From positions 192,001 through 256,000 of the forward strand of contig CAVYIM010000003.1 in the NCBI GenBank assembly GCA_963768655.1: 64,000 nt of DNA. Direction: 5' to 3'. The translations under genes and the position numbers were made by a program. Below the pieces are notes generated by a model that made no database searches, had not been told where the DNA came from, and was given only the letters and a program-made list of their open reading frames with translations. Shown piece by piece: positions 63,669 to 64,000 of this stretch. Within the stretch, counting starts at the first letter, position 1; every line of letters starts with the position of its first letter. This DNA is from an uncultured Chloroflexia bacterium (lineage in GTDB: Bacteria > Chloroflexota > Limnocylindria > Limnocylindrales > CSP1-4).

Positions 63669-64000
63669 CTACGCCGAGATCAGGCCGAGCTCCCGGCCCA
63701 CCTTCCCGAAGGCTTCCAGGCAGCGATCGAGCTGCTCGGTCGTGTGCTCGGCCGTGACGATCGTTCGAATTCGGGCCTTGTCGAGCGCGACCGTCGGATA
63801 GACGACCGCCTGGGCGAAGACGCCTTCCTCGAACAGGCGCTGGCTGAAGCGCTGCGCTCGAGCCGAGTCGCCCATCATCACCGGCGTGATGGGCGTCTCC
63901 GAGGCGCCCGTGTCGAAGCCGAGCTCGCGCAGCTCGCCCTTGAAGTAGATCGTGTTCGCCCATAGATGATCGATCAGCTCGGGCTCCTCCAGCAGGACGT
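63669..64000 (-). CDS. Glycine C-acetyltransferase/AONS-family PLP enzyme, partial (starts beyond the window's right edge)
   Basis: LGFDTG.SETPITPVMMGD, GVFAQAVVYPTV...KARIR and TAEHT. Confidence 0.85.
   Translation of the reverse strand, partial: VLLEEPELIDHLWANTIYFKGELRELGFDTGASETPITPVMMGDSARAQRFSQRLFEEGVFAQAVVYPTVALDKARIRTIVTAEHTTEQLDRCLEAFGKVGRELGLISA

Overview
High-GC bacterial chromosomal window with about 52 protein-coding genes. I found no rRNA, tRNA, CRISPR array, integrase or transposase. A heliorhodopsin, Gram-positive-type GAAC-N4-GTTC LexA boxes and many apparently leaderless genes point to a monoderm, probably Chloroflexota; this is inference. The window holds a GT-C/GT2/GT4 glycosylation cluster (1-8164), pcm, a DUF3048 gene, dodecin, dnaB, lexA, heliorhodopsin and a PAS hybrid histidine kinase. 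It also holds rplI, a kelch surface protein, dinB with a LexA-controlled small gene, fchA-folD-fhs, hutU/ftcD/hutI, argS, phosphoketolase and a kbl/radical SAM/HisJ/MBL run. The most notable item is a minus-strand cassette at 9779-16871. In order, it contains a large ATPase-TPR-BTAD regulator, a sigma70 promoter with a long structured leader, and an unannotated 29-aa signal-peptide-like ORF (MRRRIESLLLVLGAGLMAAAAGGASYRPF). These are followed by a membrane-sensor HD-GYP phosphodiesterase and a DUF5317-like domain, with a signal-peptidase-II-like Asp pair, fused to an MFS transporter. This reads as a candidate peptide-pheromone system feeding into c-di-GMP. Family names come from motif recognition by eye; no searches were run.
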